Shown here piece by piece: positions 21,909 through 34,499 of a stretch of DNA of 64,000 nt (position 1 is its first letter; the number at the start of each line of letters is the position of its first letter). The DNA is from Escherichia coli (lineage in GTDB: Bacteria > Pseudomonadota > Gammaproteobacteria > Enterobacterales > Enterobacteriaceae). Position numbers and translations under genes: made by a program. Location of the stretch: NCBI RefSeq assembly GCF_003334305.1, contig NZ_QOWS01000003.1; one strand, given 5' to 3'. A model generated the notes under the pieces. The model was given only the letters and a program-made list of their open reading frames with translations, was not told the DNA's origin and made no database searches.

Positions 21909-22411
21909 TAGAGTTCGCGTAGCATCCGCACTTCACAATCTACATGGCCCGTGCAGCCAAGTGCATAGTCGATATGTTGAAAACCTAAATGTTCATACAA
22001 ACCAATCGCTTCTTTCAAAAAAGCGGTCGTTTCCAGATAGCAGCGTTTGAAGCCCATCTCTCGTGCCTGCTCCATCGCCATTAAGGCCAGTTTTTTCGCC
22101 AGCCCTTTACCGCGAATAGCCGGAAGAAAATACATCTTCTGCAGTTCGCAAATGTCCGACTCACTCCCGGTTAATGGCGCAATCCCACCGCCGCCGACCA
22201 CTTCACCATCGTACTCAACCACCCAATATGCATGACCCGGCTGACTATACACTTGATACAACTCGTCCAGGTTCGGATCGGCGACGGTGTAGCCTTTATC
22301 AGCGGTAAGACCGTATTCGGCGGATACCTGACGAATGACGCGGGCGATGGCGGGATTATCCTGCTGCGTCAGGCGACGCATTACAGGTGATTGCGGCGCA
22401 ATGTTATTCAT
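21908..22411 (-). CDS. yjgM: GNAT-family N-acetyltransferase YjgM
   Basis: 167 aa with the GNAT acetyl-CoA motif ([17 protein letters not shown]). Confidence 0.9.
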   Translation of the reverse strand: MNNIAPQSPVMRRLTQQDNPAIARVIRQVSAEYGLTADKGYTVADPNLDELYQVYSQPGHAYWVVEYDGEVVGGGGIAPLTGSESDICELQKMYFLPAIRGKGLAKKLALMAMEQAREMGFKRCYLETTAFLKEAIGLYEHLGFQHIDYALGCTGHVDCEVRMLREL

Positions 22412-22603
22412 AGTTTAACCCAATAAAAATAAAGTAATTATACATTTGTTTAATACCACTCTCTTCTTACGTGCGCAAGCGACTTATAAAGTAATAAAGT
22501 TTTTGCCAGCCTATTACTGATAAGAGTATTGTAACGTGGCAGAACATTTTACTGTCTGTATATATAAATTATATCAATGGATTTTTTAATTCAGGGAATT
22601 TTT

Positions 22604-23800
22604 ATGGCTCAAGTTATTAATGAAATGGATGTTCCGTCCCATTCGTTTGTTTTTCATGGTACAGGTGAGAGATATTTTCTTATTTGTGTGGTGAATGTGT
22701 TGTTAACGATTATAACGCTAGGTATCTATTTGCCATGGGCATTAATGAAATGTAAGCGTTATCTCTATGCTAATATGGAAGTTAACGGACAACGATTTTC
22801 TTATGGAATTACTGGTGGGAATGTTTTTGTTAGTTGTCTTGTTTTTGTTTTTTGCTATTTCGCAATCTTAATGACAGTGTCAGCAGATATGCCACTTGTT
22901 GGCTGTGTTTTGACTTTGTTACTGTTGGTTTTGCTTATATTTATGGCAGCAAAAGGACTGCGTTATCAGGCCTTGATGACCAGTCTCAACGGCGTAAGAT
23001 TTAGTTTTAATTGCTCTATGAAAGGGTTCTGGTGGGTAACCTTTTTCTTGCCGATTTTAATGGCCATTGGGATGGGGACTGTTTTCTTTATCTCGACAAA
23101 GATGCTACATGCCAATAGTTCAAGTAGTGTTATTATATCTGTGGTTCTGATGGCAATAGTTGGTATTGTTTCCATTGGTATTTTTAATGGTACTTTATAT
23201 AGCCTGGTAATGAGTTTTCTCTGGAGCAATACCAGTTTCGGTATACATCGTTTCAAGGTGAAATTAGATACTACGTATTGTATAAAATATGCCATTCTCG
23301 CATTTTTAGCTTTATTACCTTTTCTCGCTGTTGCTGGTTATATTATCTTCGATCAAATATTAAATGCGTATGATAGTTCTGTGTATGCAAATGATGATAT
23401 TGAGAATTTACAGCAATTTATGGAAATGCAACGTAAAATGATAATCGCGCAGTTAATCTATTATTTTGGGATTGCTGTTAGCACCAGTTATTTAACGGTG
23501 TCGTTGCGAAATCATTTTATGAGCAACCTGTCACTGAATGATGGGCGTATTCGTTTTCGCTCAACTTTAACGTACCACGGTATGCTTTATCGCATGTGTG
23601 CGTTGGTGGTGATATCCGGGATTACGGGCGGTCTGGCTTATCCACTGCTGAAAATATGGATGATTGACTGGCAGGCAAAAAATACGTATTTGCTGGGCGA
23701 TTTGGATGACCTTCCTTTAATCAATAAAGAAGAACAACCAGATAAAGGCTTCTTAGCCAGGATTTCACGGGGAATTATGCCTTCTTTACCATTTCTGTAA
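22604..23800 (+). CDS. yjgN: DUF898 inner-membrane protein YjgN
   Basis: Trimmed to MAQVINEMDVPSHSFVFHGTG (398 aa). It is polytopic and hydrophobic, and its coding sequence is AT-rich. Confidence 0.88.
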   Translation: MAQVINEMDVPSHSFVFHGTGERYFLICVVNVLLTIITLGIYLPWALMKCKRYLYANMEVNGQRFSYGITGGNVFVSCLVFVFCYFAILMTVSADMPLVGCVLTLLLLVLLIFMAAKGLRYQALMTSLNGVRFSFNCSMKGFWWVTFFLPILMAIGMGTVFFISTKMLHANSSSSVIISVVLMAIVGIVSIGIFNGTLYSLVMSFLWSNTSFGIHRFKVKLDTTYCIKYAILAFLALLPFLAVAGYIIFDQILNAYDSSVYANDDIENLQQFMEMQRKMIIAQLIYYFGIAVSTSYLTVSLRNHFMSNLSLNDGRIRFRSTLTYHGMLYRMCALVVISGITGGLAYPLLKIWMIDWQAKNTYLLGDLDDLPLINKEEQPDKGFLARISRGIMPSLPFL

Positions 23801-23811
23801 GAGATAAAAAA

Positions 23812-23831
23812 GGCCGGAGCATGCTCCGGCC
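23812..23831. terminator. Bidirectional terminator between convergent yjgN and valS
   Basis: ggccggagcatgctccggcc is a perfect hairpin preceded by an A-run and followed by a T-rich stretch. Confidence 0.8.
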
Positions 23832-23855
23832 TTCGTTTTCATTACTGTGTTTTGA

Positions 23856-26711
23856 TTACAGCGCGGCGATAACAGCCTGCTGTTCAATCAGCTTCGCTTT
23901 CGCTTCTGCATAGCCTTCCAGCTTTTCACGCTCTTTCGCGATGACCGCTTCCGGTGCGCGGGCGACAAAGCCTTCATTCGCCAGCTTGTTCTCGATACGG
24001 CTGATTTCGCCTTCGATCTTCGCCACTTCTTTCGCCAGACGCGCCAGCTCATCTTCTTTGTTGATGAGGCCAGCCATCGGGATCAGCAGCTCTGCGCCGT
24101 CGATGATCTTAGTAACGGAAACCGGACCTTTGTCATCGGCAGGCAGCACGGTGATGCTTTCCAGACGCGCCAGCGTTTGCAGGAAGCCACGGTTTTCATT
24201 TACGCGACGTTCTGCATCCGCGCTGCAACCACGCAGTAGCAGCTCCAGCGGTTTGCCCGGCGCGATGTTCATTTCTGCACGGATGTTACGTACCGCAACG
24301 ATCGCCTGCTTCAGCCACTCTGTGTCGGCCAGTGCGGCTTCATCAACCTGAGATGCATCGTACTGCGGGAACGGCTGCAGCATGATGGTGTCGGCAGTGA
24401 TACCGCAAAGTACTTTCACACGCTGCCAGATGGTTTCGGTGATGAACGGAATGATCGGATGCGCGAGGCGCAGCAGACCTTCCAGCACGGTCACCAGCGT
24501 ATGGCGAGTACCGCGCAGTTCGGCTTCGGTGCCACCGTTCATTACCGGCTTAGTCAGTTCCAGATACCAGTCACAGAACTGGTTCCAGGTGAACTCATAC
24601 AGAATGCCTGCGGCGATATCGAAGCGGAAGCTGTCCAGCGCTTCGCGGTACGCTTTGATGGTCTGGTTGAACTCCGCCAGAATCCAGCGATCCGCCAGCG
24701 ACAGCGTCATTTCGCCGCCGTTGAAGCCGCAATCCTGACCTTCTGTGTTCATCAGCACAAAGCGGCTGGCGTTCCACAGCTTGTTACAGAAGTTACGGTA
24801 ACCTTCCAGGCGTTTCATATCCCAGTTGATATCGCGACCGGTAGAAGCCAGCGCCGCCAGGGTGAAGCGCAGCGCGTCAGTACCGTGCGGTTCAATACCG
24901 TTCGGGAACTGCTTCTCGGTGCGCTTACGGATTTTGTCCGCCAGCTGTGGCTGCATCATATTGCCGGTGCGTTTTTCCAGCAGTTCTGGCAGCGAAATAC
25001 CGTCAACCATATCCAGTGGGTCAATAACGTTACCCTTGGATTTGGACATCTTCTGGCCTTCGTCGTCACGAATCAGGCCGGTCATGTAAACAGTGTGGAA
25101 CGGCACCTGCGGTTTGCCATTTTCATCTTTGATGAAGTGCATGGTCATCATGATCATGCGGGCAATCCAGAAGAAGATGATGTCGAAACCAGATACCATC
25201 ACGCTGGTTGGGTGGAACTGACGCAGGGCGTCGGTATTTTCCGGCCAGCCAAGGGTAGAGAAGGTCCACAGCGCAGAAGAGAACCAGGTGTCGAGAACGT
25301 CTTCGTCCTGACGCAGGACAACATCAGCACCGAGGTTATTTTCTTTACGCACTTCGTCTTCGTTGCGGCCAACATAAACGTTACCCGCTTCGTCATACCA
25401 TGCCGGGATACGGTGACCCCACCACAACTGACGAGAGATACACCAGTCCTGAATATCGCGCATCCAGGAGAAGTACATGTTTTCGTACTGCTTCGGTACG
25501 AACTGAATGTCGCCGTTCTCAACCGCTTCAACTGCCGGTTTCGCCAGGACATCGGCACGCACGTACCACTGGTCGGTCAGCATCGGTTCGATGACCACGC
25601 CACCACGGTCGCCATAAGGAACGGTCAGGTCATGTGGTTTAATTTCTTCCAGCAGGCCGAGTGCGTCAACCGCAGCAACGACCGCTTTACGTGCAGCAAA
25701 ACGCTCCAGTTTCTGGAATTCTGCGGGGATCTCGCTGGAATAAACGTCAGATTCGTTACCTTTGGTATCGAACACCTGGGCACTTTCACGGATATCGCCG
25801 TCAAAGGTCAGGATGTTGATCATCGGCAGGGCGTGACGTTTACCGACTTCATAGTCGTTAAAGTCGTGCGCCGGGGTGATCTTCACGCAGCCGGTGCCTT
25901 TTTCCATGTCGGCGTGTTCGTCGCCAACGATCGGAATACGACGGTTAACCAGCGGCAGAATGACATATTTGCCAATCAGATCTTTGTAACGCGGATCTTC
26001 CGGGTTAACGGCCACGCCGGTATCGCCCAGCAGGGTTTCCGGACGAGTAGTCGCAACCACCAGATAATCTTTACCATCTGCGGTTTTCGCGCCGTCAGCC
26101 AGCGGATAGCGGATGTGCCACATCGAACCTTTCGATTCGCGGTTTTCCACTTCCAGGTCAGAGATAGCGGTGCGCAGTTTCGGATCCCAGTTTACCAGGC
26201 GTTTGCCACGGTAAATCAGGTCTTCTTTATACAGACGAACGAAAACTTCTTTCACCGCATTGGACAGGCCTTCGTCCATGGTGAAGCGTTCACGCTCCCA
26301 GTCCACGGAGTTGCCGAGACGGCGCATCTGACGGGTAATGGTGCCGCCGGATTCCGCTTTCCATTCCCAGATTTTGTCGATGAAAGCTTCGCGGCCGTAG
26401 TCGTGACGGGTTTTACCTTCTTCTGCGGCAATCTTGCGCTCAACGACCATCTGGGTAGCGATCCCTGCGTGGTCAGTACCGACCTGCCACAGGGTGTTTT
26501 TGCCCTGCATGCGCTGATAGCGGATCATGGTATCCATGATGGTTTGCTGGAAGGCGTGACCCATATGCAAACTGCCGGTGACGTTCGGCGGCGGGATCAT
26601 GATGCAGAAACTTTCCTGGCTTTCATCGCCATTAGGCTTAAAGTAGCCCTGCTTTTCCCAGTGCTCGTAAAGCGGCTGTTCGATATCTTGTGGGTTATAT
26701 GTCTTTTCCAT
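23856..26711 (-). CDS. valS: Valine--tRNA ligase
   Basis: 951 aa with class I motifs [14 protein letters not shown] (HIGH) and KMSKS, and a C-terminal coiled coil. Confidence 0.97.
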   Translation of the reverse strand: MEKTYNPQDIEQPLYEHWEKQGYFKPNGDESQESFCIMIPPPNVTGSLHMGHAFQQTIMDTMIRYQRMQGKNTLWQVGTDHAGIATQMVVERKIAAEEGKTRHDYGREAFIDKIWEWKAESGGTITRQMRRLGNSVDWERERFTMDEGLSNAVKEVFVRLYKEDLIYRGKRLVNWDPKLRTAISDLEVENRESKGSMWHIRYPLADGAKTADGKDYLVVATTRPETLLGDTGVAVNPEDPRYKDLIGKYVILPLVNRRIPIVGDEHADMEKGTGCVKITPAHDFNDYEVGKRHALPMINILTFDGDIRESAQVFDTKGNESDVYSSEIPAEFQKLERFAARKAVVAAVDALGLLEEIKPHDLTVPYGDRGGVVIEPMLTDQWYVRADVLAKPAVEAVENGDIQFVPKQYENMYFSWMRDIQDWCISRQLWWGHRIPAWYDEAGNVYVGRNEDEVRKENNLGADVVLRQDEDVLDTWFSSALWTFSTLGWPENTDALRQFHPTSVMVSGFDIIFFWIARMIMMTMHFIKDENGKPQVPFHTVYMTGLIRDDEGQKMSKSKGNVIDPLDMVDGISLPELLEKRTGNMMQPQLADKIRKRTEKQFPNGIEPHGTDALRFTLAALASTGRDINWDMKRLEGYRNFCNKLWNASRFVLMNTEGQDCGFNGGEMTLSLADRWILAEFNQTIKAYREALDSFRFDIAAGILYEFTWNQFCDWYLELTKPVMNGGTEAELRGTRHTLVTVLEGLLRLAHPIIPFITETIWQRVKVLCGITADTIMLQPFPQYDASQVDEAALADTEWLKQAIVAVRNIRAEMNIAPGKPLELLLRGCSADAERRVNENRGFLQTLARLESITVLPADDKGPVSVTKIIDGAELLIPMAGLINKEDELARLAKEVAKIEGEISRIENKLANEGFVARAPEAVIAKEREKLEGYAEAKAKLIEQQAVIAAL

Positions 26712-27154
26712 TATTTCCAGGTTGCCGTATTCAGGTTGAAACCAGCCACGCGGTAGGCTTTATAGCGTTCGCGCGCCAGTTGTTTCAGAGAATCTTCATA
26801 AGGAACGAAGTCTACCACTTCTGTGAAAGCGGTGGCAAAATCTGCAAAGCTTGTTCGCAGACTAATCAATATATCGCGCGGGCTGCTGCTGCGTTTTTGC
26901 GGCCAGGCGATCTCCACCGGCGCACCGCCGCGCGGTCCTTCTCCCGCTAAATTATGCGGAACAAAGCTTTCTGCCGGACGCGCCCACAGGGCTTCATCCA
27001 GCCGGTAAGCCTGCTTTTCATCTTCACAGGCGATGAGCACGCGCTTACCACTGCGCCAACGTTCTGCGGCAATTTCACACACCAGCTGCTCAACGGCGCT
27101 TAAGCCATCGACGGTGGTGTCATTGTCCAGAAGGTAGAACGTCGCGTTTTTCAT
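26711..27154 (-). CDS. holC: DNA polymerase III chi subunit
   Basis: Trimmed to [24 protein letters not shown] (147 aa). Its TAA overlaps the valS ATG (TAATG). Confidence 0.93.
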   Translation of the reverse strand: MKNATFYLLDNDTTVDGLSAVEQLVCEIAAERWRSGKRVLIACEDEKQAYRLDEALWARPAESFVPHNLAGEGPRGGAPVEIAWPQKRSSSPRDILISLRTSFADFATAFTEVVDFVPYEDSLKQLARERYKAYRVAGFNLNTATWK

Positions 27155-27233
27155 AAATGGGGCTTCTTGTGGTGGATTTAAATATTGCTGCATTCCTCAC
27201 CCTAAAAGATGAGCAATGAATTTCTATTGCGCT

Positions 27234-27275
27234 CGATCGGTTCCCTCTCCCTTAGGGAGAGGGTTAGGGTGAGGG
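27234..27275. repeat. boxC-like intergenic repeat, copy 1
   Basis: cgatcggttccctctcccttagggagagggttagggtgaggg contains the hairpin ccctctccc/gggagaggg. A near-identical copy lies at 31304-31349. Confidence 0.6.
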
Positions 27276-27287
27276 TAAAACGCAAAC

Positions 27288-28802
<1,515 letters not shown>

Positions 28803-29065
28803 CTACGCTCCTGAATCTTAAAGACAACGGCGGTGGCTACAGATAGAATTGCAAGCTTTCGTAACTCATGTCCGCTGTTGCGATGACTTCGTGTTAATCT
28901 TAACGTTATTACGGCATTGGCACGTCAGAACAAAATCTGAGAGGTGAATCCGTTGAGTATAATTATCTTAGCGACGATTTCGACGACTCAAGAGAATAAA
29001 TGACGTTTAAGCCATGAAACAAGCTAAAATCCTGCAAAAGACGAGTTTTTACGGGCGTATTTAAA

Positions 29066-30166
29066 GTGATAATCATAAGATATCTGGTGCGGGAGACGCT
29101 CAAAAGCCAGCTGGCGATACTCTTCATCTTGCTTTTGATCTTCTTCTGTCAAAAGTTAGTGAGGATCCTCGGCGCAGCGGTTGACGGCGATATTCCGGCG
29201 AATCTGGTGCTCTCCCTTCTCGGGTTGGGCGTGCCGGAAATGGCGCAGCTTATCCTGCCATTAAGCCTGTTCCTCGGGCTGCTGATGACGCTGGGCAAAC
29301 TGTATACCGAAAGTGAAATTACGGTAATGCATGCCTGCGGCCTGAGCAAAGCGGTTCTGGTGAAAGCGGCAATGATCCTTGCGGTATTCACGGCAATCGT
29401 CGCGGCGGTTAACGTGATGTGGGCGGGACCGTGGTCATCGCGTCATCAGGATGAAGTGTTAGCAGAAGCGAAAGCGAACCCTGGCATGGCGGCGCTGGCG
29501 CAAGGGCAATTCCAGCAAGCGACTAATGGCAGTTCGGTGCTGTTCATCGAAAGCGTTGACGGCAGCGATTTCAAAGATGTGTTCCTCGCGCAAATTCGAC
29601 CAAAAGGTAATGCACGTCCTTCTGTGGTGGTGGCCGATTCCGGACATTTAACCCAGATGCGCGACGGCTCCCAGGTCGTCACTCTCAACCAGGGAACGCG
29701 CTTCGAAGGCACTGCACTGTTACGTGATTTCCGCATTACGGACTTCCAGGATTATCAGGCGATCATTGGTCACCAGGCGGTGGCGCTCGACCCGAACGAT
29801 ACCGACCAGATGGACATGCGTACATTGTGGAACACTGACACCGATCGTGCCCGCGCAGAACTGAACTGGCGTATCACGTTGGTATTCACCGTGTTTATGA
29901 TGGCACTTATGGTCGTACCGCTGAGCGTGGTTAACCCACGTCAGGGACGCGTACTGTCGATGCTGCCAGCCATGCTGCTGTATCTACTTTTCTTCCTGAT
30001 CCAGACCTCCCTGAAATCGAACGGCGGTAAAGGTAAGCTGGACCCGACGCTGTGGATGTGGACCGTTAACCTGATTTATCTGGCTTTGGCGATTGTTCTC
30101 AACCTTTGGGACACCGTGCCGGTCCGCCGCCTGCGCGCCAGTTTTTCGCGTAAAGGAGCGGTGTGA
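29066..30166 (+). CDS. lptF: LPS export ABC permease LptF
   Basis: 366 aa with a GTG start, MIIIRYLVRETLKSQLAILF. It belongs to the YjgP/YjgQ permease family and is divergent from pepA. Confidence 0.94.
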   Translation: MIIIRYLVRETLKSQLAILFILLLIFFCQKLVRILGAAVDGDIPANLVLSLLGLGVPEMAQLILPLSLFLGLLMTLGKLYTESEITVMHACGLSKAVLVKAAMILAVFTAIVAAVNVMWAGPWSSRHQDEVLAEAKANPGMAALAQGQFQQATNGSSVLFIESVDGSDFKDVFLAQIRPKGNARPSVVVADSGHLTQMRDGSQVVTLNQGTRFEGTALLRDFRITDFQDYQAIIGHQAVALDPNDTDQMDMRTLWNTDTDRARAELNWRITLVFTVFMMALMVVPLSVVNPRQGRVLSMLPAMLLYLLFFLIQTSLKSNGGKGKLDPTLWMWTVNLIYLALAIVLNLWDTVPVRRLRASFSRKGAV

Positions 30167-31248
30167 TGCAACCTTTTGGCGTACTTGACCGCTATATCGG
30201 TAAAACTATTTTCACCACCATCATGATGACGCTGTTCATGCTGGTGTCGCTGTCGGGCATTATCAAGTTTGTCGATCAGCTGAAAAAAGCCGGGCAGGGG
30301 AGTTACGACGCGTTAGGCGCAGGAATGTATACCTTGCTGAGCGTGCCGAAAGATGTGCAAATCTTCTTCCCGATGGCAGCTCTGCTTGGGGCGTTGCTTG
30401 GTCTTGGGATGCTGGCGCAGCGCAGCGAACTGGTGGTGATGCAGGCTTCTGGTTTCACCCGTATGCAGGTTGCGCTGTCGGTGATGAAAACCGCCATTCC
30501 GCTAGTCTTGCTGACGATGGCGATTGGTGAATGGGTCGCGCCGCAGGGCGAGCAGATGGCGCGTAACTACCGTGCGCAGGCGATGTACGGCGGCTCGTTG
30601 CTCTCTACCCAGCAAGGCTTATGGGCGAAAGATGGCAACAACTTCGTCTACATTGAGCGGGTTAAAGGTGACGAAGAGTTAGGTGGCATCAGCATTTATG
30701 CCTTTAACGAAAATCGTCGTCTGCAATCCGTACGCTATGCCGCTACTGCGAAGTTTGACCCGGAACATAAAGTCTGGCGTCTGTCGCAGGTTGATGAATC
30801 TGATCTGACCAATCCGAAACAGATCACCGGTTCGCAGACGGTGAGCGGCACCTGGAAAACCAACCTCACGCCAGACAAACTGGGCGTGGTGGCGCTGGAC
30901 CCGGATGCACTCTCAATCAGCGGTTTGCACAACTACGTGAAGTATCTGAAGTCGAGCGGTCAGGACGCTGGACGTTATCAGCTCAACATGTGGAGCAAAA
31001 TCTTCCAGCCGCTATCCGTGGCGGTGATGATGCTGATGGCGCTGTCGTTCATCTTTGGCCCACTGCGTAGCGTACCGATGGGCGTGCGTGTGGTCACCGG
31101 TATCAGCTTCGGTTTTGTCTTCTACGTACTGGACCAGATCTTCGGCCCGCTGACGTTGGTTTATGGCATCCCGCCGATCATCGGCGCACTGTTGCCAAGC
31201 GCCAGCTTCTTCTTAATCAGCCTGTGGCTGTTAATGAGAAAATCGTAA
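30166..31248 (+). CDS. lptG: LPS export ABC permease LptG
   Basis: The ATG at 30166 overlaps the lptF TGA. 360 aa starting MQPFGVLDRYIGKTIFTTI. Confidence 0.94.
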   Translation: MQPFGVLDRYIGKTIFTTIMMTLFMLVSLSGIIKFVDQLKKAGQGSYDALGAGMYTLLSVPKDVQIFFPMAALLGALLGLGMLAQRSELVVMQASGFTRMQVALSVMKTAIPLVLLTMAIGEWVAPQGEQMARNYRAQAMYGGSLLSTQQGLWAKDGNNFVYIERVKGDEELGGISIYAFNENRRLQSVRYAATAKFDPEHKVWRLSQVDESDLTNPKQITGSQTVSGTWKTNLTPDKLGVVALDPDALSISGLHNYVKYLKSSGQDAGRYQLNMWSKIFQPLSVAVMMLMALSFIFGPLRSVPMGVRVVTGISFGFVFYVLDQIFGPLTLVYGIPPIIGALLPSASFFLISLWLLMRKS

Positions 31249-31303
31249 CCAAGCAAGGGAGCGAAAGCTCCCTTTCACATTGTTGATAAAGTCAAATACG
31301 AGT

Positions 31304-31349
31304 TCGATCGGTCCCCTCGCCCCTTTGGGGAGAGGGTTAGGGTGAGGGG
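31304..31349. repeat. boxC-like intergenic repeat, copy 2
   Basis: cgatcggtcccctcgcccctttggggagagggttagggtgagggg has the same orientation and core as copy 1. Confidence 0.6.
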
Positions 31350-31366
31350 CACAGACCGCACCTGAC

Positions 31367-32869
31367 TTACCTTCTTCTTCCCCCCAGCAAACTCCCCAAC
31401 ATCCCGCGTACAATCTGATTCGTCACCTGGCGGGCGGCGCTTTTCGCCATTGTTTGCACCACACCATCTTTCTTCCCGCCGCGTGGTCCGGTAGTGCCAA
31501 ACAAAATATCCTTTAATCCACCAAGAATGCCGTCATCCACCGCCACCTCTTTCCCTTTCGCGGGGGGATTATTTTGCTGCTCGGCGCTTGCCTGTACGCC
31601 TTTTTGCAACATCTCATAGGCGGATTCCCGGTCCACCTCATCCTCGTACTTGCCATACACCGGAGAGTGATTAATCAAGCCATTACGCTCATCTTCCGTC
31701 ACCGGTCCCATCCGCGAACAAGGCGCAATCACCATCGCCCGTTCCACCACTGAAGGACTTCCTTTCACATCAAGAAACGAGATTAACGCCTCGCCGGTCC
31801 CCAGTTCCTGGATTGCCTTTTCGGTATCAAATGCCGGATTGGCCCGCATGGTTTGCGCCGCAGCTTTTACCGCTTTCTGATCTTTGGGCGTAAAAGCCCG
31901 CAAAGCGTGTTGAACGCGATTACCGAGCTGCCCGAGCACATTATCCGGAATATCAGACGGGTTTTGCGAAACGAACCAGACGCCTACGCCTTTTGAGCGA
32001 ATAAGCCGTATCACCTGCTCAATCTTATCCAGCAGTACCTGCGGTGCATCGTTAAACAGCAGATGTGCCTCGTCGAAGAAAAACACCAGTTTTGGTTTCT
32101 CCAGATCGCCCGCTTCCGGCAATTGTTCATACAACTCTGAAAGCATCCACAGCAGGCTGGCGGCGTACAGTTTCGGCATCTGATAAAGCTTCTCGGCGCT
32201 GAGGATATTGATAACGCCTTTACCGTTGGTATCGGTGCGCATCCAGTCTTTGATATCCAGCATCGGCTCGCCAAAGAAGTGTGCTGCGCCTTGCTGTTCC
32301 AGCGACAACAGTCCGCGCTGGATGGCACCAACCGATGCGCTACTGATATTACCGTACTGATTCTGGAAAGATTTGGCGTTATCGCCGATGTACTGGGTAA
32401 TCGCCCGCAGATCTTTAAAGTCGAGCAGCAACAATCCCTGATCGTCAGCAATACGGAAGATGATATTCAGCACGCCAGATTGCACATCGTTGAGATTCAA
32501 CAGCCGCGCCAGCAACAGCGGCCCCAGATCCGAAACCGTCGCCCGCACCGGATGGCCTTTCTCGCCAAAGATATCCCACACCACCACCGGATTAGCATGC
32601 GGTTGCCAGTCATTGACGCCGATATTTTTAAGCCTTGCGAGTAGTTTTTCCGATGCCGTTCCTGCCTGCGCGATGCCGGTCAGATCGCCTTTCACATCGG
32701 CCATAAACACCGGAACACCGATTTCCGATAGAGACTCCGCCAGTTTTTGCAGCGTGACAGTTTTACCCGTCCCCGTTGCGCCAGTAATCAGCCCGTGACG
32801 GTTAGCCATTCCCGGCAGTAAAAACAGTTCTGTGTCCGGCGTGCGGGCAATTAACAGGGGTTCGCTCAT
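31367..32869 (-). CDS. yjgR: DUF853-family P-loop NTPase YjgR
   Basis: Trimmed to [39 protein letters not shown] (500 aa). Walker A GATGTGKT and Walker B VFFFDEAH are present. Confidence 0.9.
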   Translation of the reverse strand: MSEPLLIARTPDTELFLLPGMANRHGLITGATGTGKTVTLQKLAESLSEIGVPVFMADVKGDLTGIAQAGTASEKLLARLKNIGVNDWQPHANPVVVWDIFGEKGHPVRATVSDLGPLLLARLLNLNDVQSGVLNIIFRIADDQGLLLLDFKDLRAITQYIGDNAKSFQNQYGNISSASVGAIQRGLLSLEQQGAAHFFGEPMLDIKDWMRTDTNGKGVINILSAEKLYQMPKLYAASLLWMLSELYEQLPEAGDLEKPKLVFFFDEAHLLFNDAPQVLLDKIEQVIRLIRSKGVGVWFVSQNPSDIPDNVLGQLGNRVQHALRAFTPKDQKAVKAAAQTMRANPAFDTEKAIQELGTGEALISFLDVKGSPSVVERAMVIAPCSRMGPVTEDERNGLINHSPVYGKYEDEVDRESAYEMLQKGVQASAEQQNNPPAKGKEVAVDDGILGGLKDILFGTTGPRGGKKDGVVQTMAKSAARQVTNQIVRGMLGSLLGGRRR

Positions 32870-32998
32870 GAGATATCCTCCAGTTTCCTGCCTGGAGTAT
32901 AGGCAACGGCTGTGCACTCTTCACCGCTAAATTCAGCAGATTGCGAGACGCCTTCCAAAGAGATTTAAGTGCCGGGCGACAGGCACCCGGCAAAGGGA

Positions 32999-34018
32999 TC
33001 AGAAGTCGGCTTTCAGAACCACGCGATAACGCGCCTTACCGTCGCGCACATGCTGGATGGCGTCGTTAATTTTCGACATCGGGAACAGTTCGGTGGTCGG
33101 CGCAACCTTGCTGCGGGCGGCAAAACGCATCAGCTTACGCAGCTCATAAGGTGTGCCGGTTGCTGAACCAGAGACGCTGCGGTCGCCCGCAATTAACGTA
33201 AAGGCCGGAACAGACAGCGGCGTGAGAACCGCACCGACCGTATGGAAATTACCGCCATAGGTCAGCGCCTCAAAATAAGGCTGCCAGTCGAGGCTGACGT
33301 TGACGGTGTTGATAATGAGATCAAACTGCCCCGCCAGTGCTTTCAGTGCCTGCGGATCGCGGCTATTCACCACTTTATCGGCACCCATCGCCAGCACTTC
33401 CTGCTCTTTCGCCGGATTAGAACTAAAGGCTGTCACCTCGCATCCCATTGCGTGCAGAAGTTTTATAGCGATATGCCCCAGCCCGCCAATACCAATTACC
33501 CCAACGCGGCTGGTGGCAGTGATATGGTGCATCAACAGTGGTTTAAAGACCGTGATACCGCCGCACAACAGCGGCCCGGCAGACTCGATATCAATATTTT
33601 CTGGCAGCGGAATCACCCATTGCCAGTCCGCACGCAACTTCTCGGCAAAACCGCCGCGATTCATAATTGTTGGCACCGCACCTTGCTCGCAGTTGATCTG
33701 ATTACCGCTAATACAGGCATCGCAATGCCCGCAGCTGCGTGCCGTCCAGCCAATCCCGACACGCTGACCGACCTGCAAACCTTTATCCTGTGCGGCGCTC
33801 CCGAGCGCCACCACGCGACCAATCACCTCATGCCCGGCAACCAGCGGATACTGTGAAAATCCCCATTCGTTGTCGATCATCGACAGATCGGAATGGCAGA
33901 TCCCGCAGTAATCCACCTGCACTTCAACATCTTGTGGCTTCAGTTCACCGGGATCGTACTCATAAACTTCCAGTTCGCCGCCCGCTTCTTTTGCGGCATA
34001 GCATTTTATCATCGACAT
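32999..34018 (-). CDS. ahr: NADPH-dependent aldehyde reductase Ahr (YjgB), Zn-ADH family
   Basis: Trimmed to [26 protein letters not shown] (339 aa). Motifs CGICHSD, GHEVIG and GIGGLGH are present. Confidence 0.92.
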   Translation of the reverse strand: MSMIKCYAAKEAGGELEVYEYDPGELKPQDVEVQVDYCGICHSDLSMIDNEWGFSQYPLVAGHEVIGRVVALGSAAQDKGLQVGQRVGIGWTARSCGHCDACISGNQINCEQGAVPTIMNRGGFAEKLRADWQWVIPLPENIDIESAGPLLCGGITVFKPLLMHHITATSRVGVIGIGGLGHIAIKLLHAMGCEVTAFSSNPAKEQEVLAMGADKVVNSRDPQALKALAGQFDLIINTVNVSLDWQPYFEALTYGGNFHTVGAVLTPLSVPAFTLIAGDRSVSGSATGTPYELRKLMRFAARSKVAPTTELFPMSKINDAIQHVRDGKARYRVVLKADF

Positions 34019-34213
34019 TTTTTGATCCTTCTCTGGTGTTGTCTGGGAAGTGTAGAGCATGGCAGGGCGGGGTGCCTGGAGTGTGACAAAGGTTACACAT
34101 CGCTGTATGCAATGCTGAAAATTTCAGCACTTAGCGAAGTGGGAGCAAGCTGGCGCTTGCATGGTGGCGTGCGCTAGGTATAATCCACAACGTTTTCCGC
34201 ATACCTCTTCAGT

Positions 34214-34298
34214 GCCGAAGTGGCGAAATCGGTAGACGCAGTTGATTCAAAATCAACCGTAGAAATACGTGCCGGTTCGAGTCCGGCCTTCGGCACCA
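34214..34298 (+). tRNA. leuX: tRNA-Leu (anticodon CAA)
   Basis: 85 nt, gccgaagtggcgaaatcggtagacgcagttgattcaaaatcaaccgtagaaatacgtgccggttcgagtccggccttcggcacca. It has an acceptor stem gccgaag/cttcggc, anticodon loop tt-CAA-aa, a long variable arm, GGTTCGAGTCC in the T-arm and an encoded CCA. Confidence 0.97.
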
Positions 34299-34499
34299 CA
34301 TCGTATGCAAATCGAGTCGCTCAAGGGCGGCTTTTTTTGTGCCTGAAATCCAGTATCCGCAAGGCTTTCCTCGCTTTTTCACTCAACCTAAGTCAACCTG
34401 ATTCAATCTACATCAACTTACTGATGCGGGTACAACTGCGGGTATTTCCCGGTTCGATTATGTTTGTACCCACACAGGGCCCTTGAAAGGATACTCATC

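Noticed and set aside
24459-26756. 765-aa ORF on the + strand spanning most of valS, plus several shorter + strand ORFs in the same region
   Set aside because: It is antisense to an unmistakable valS CDS with HIGH and KMSKS motifs. The translated product is low-complexity and rich in R, V and F, with no motifs. This is the typical shadow ORF generated by the codon bias of a highly expressed gene.
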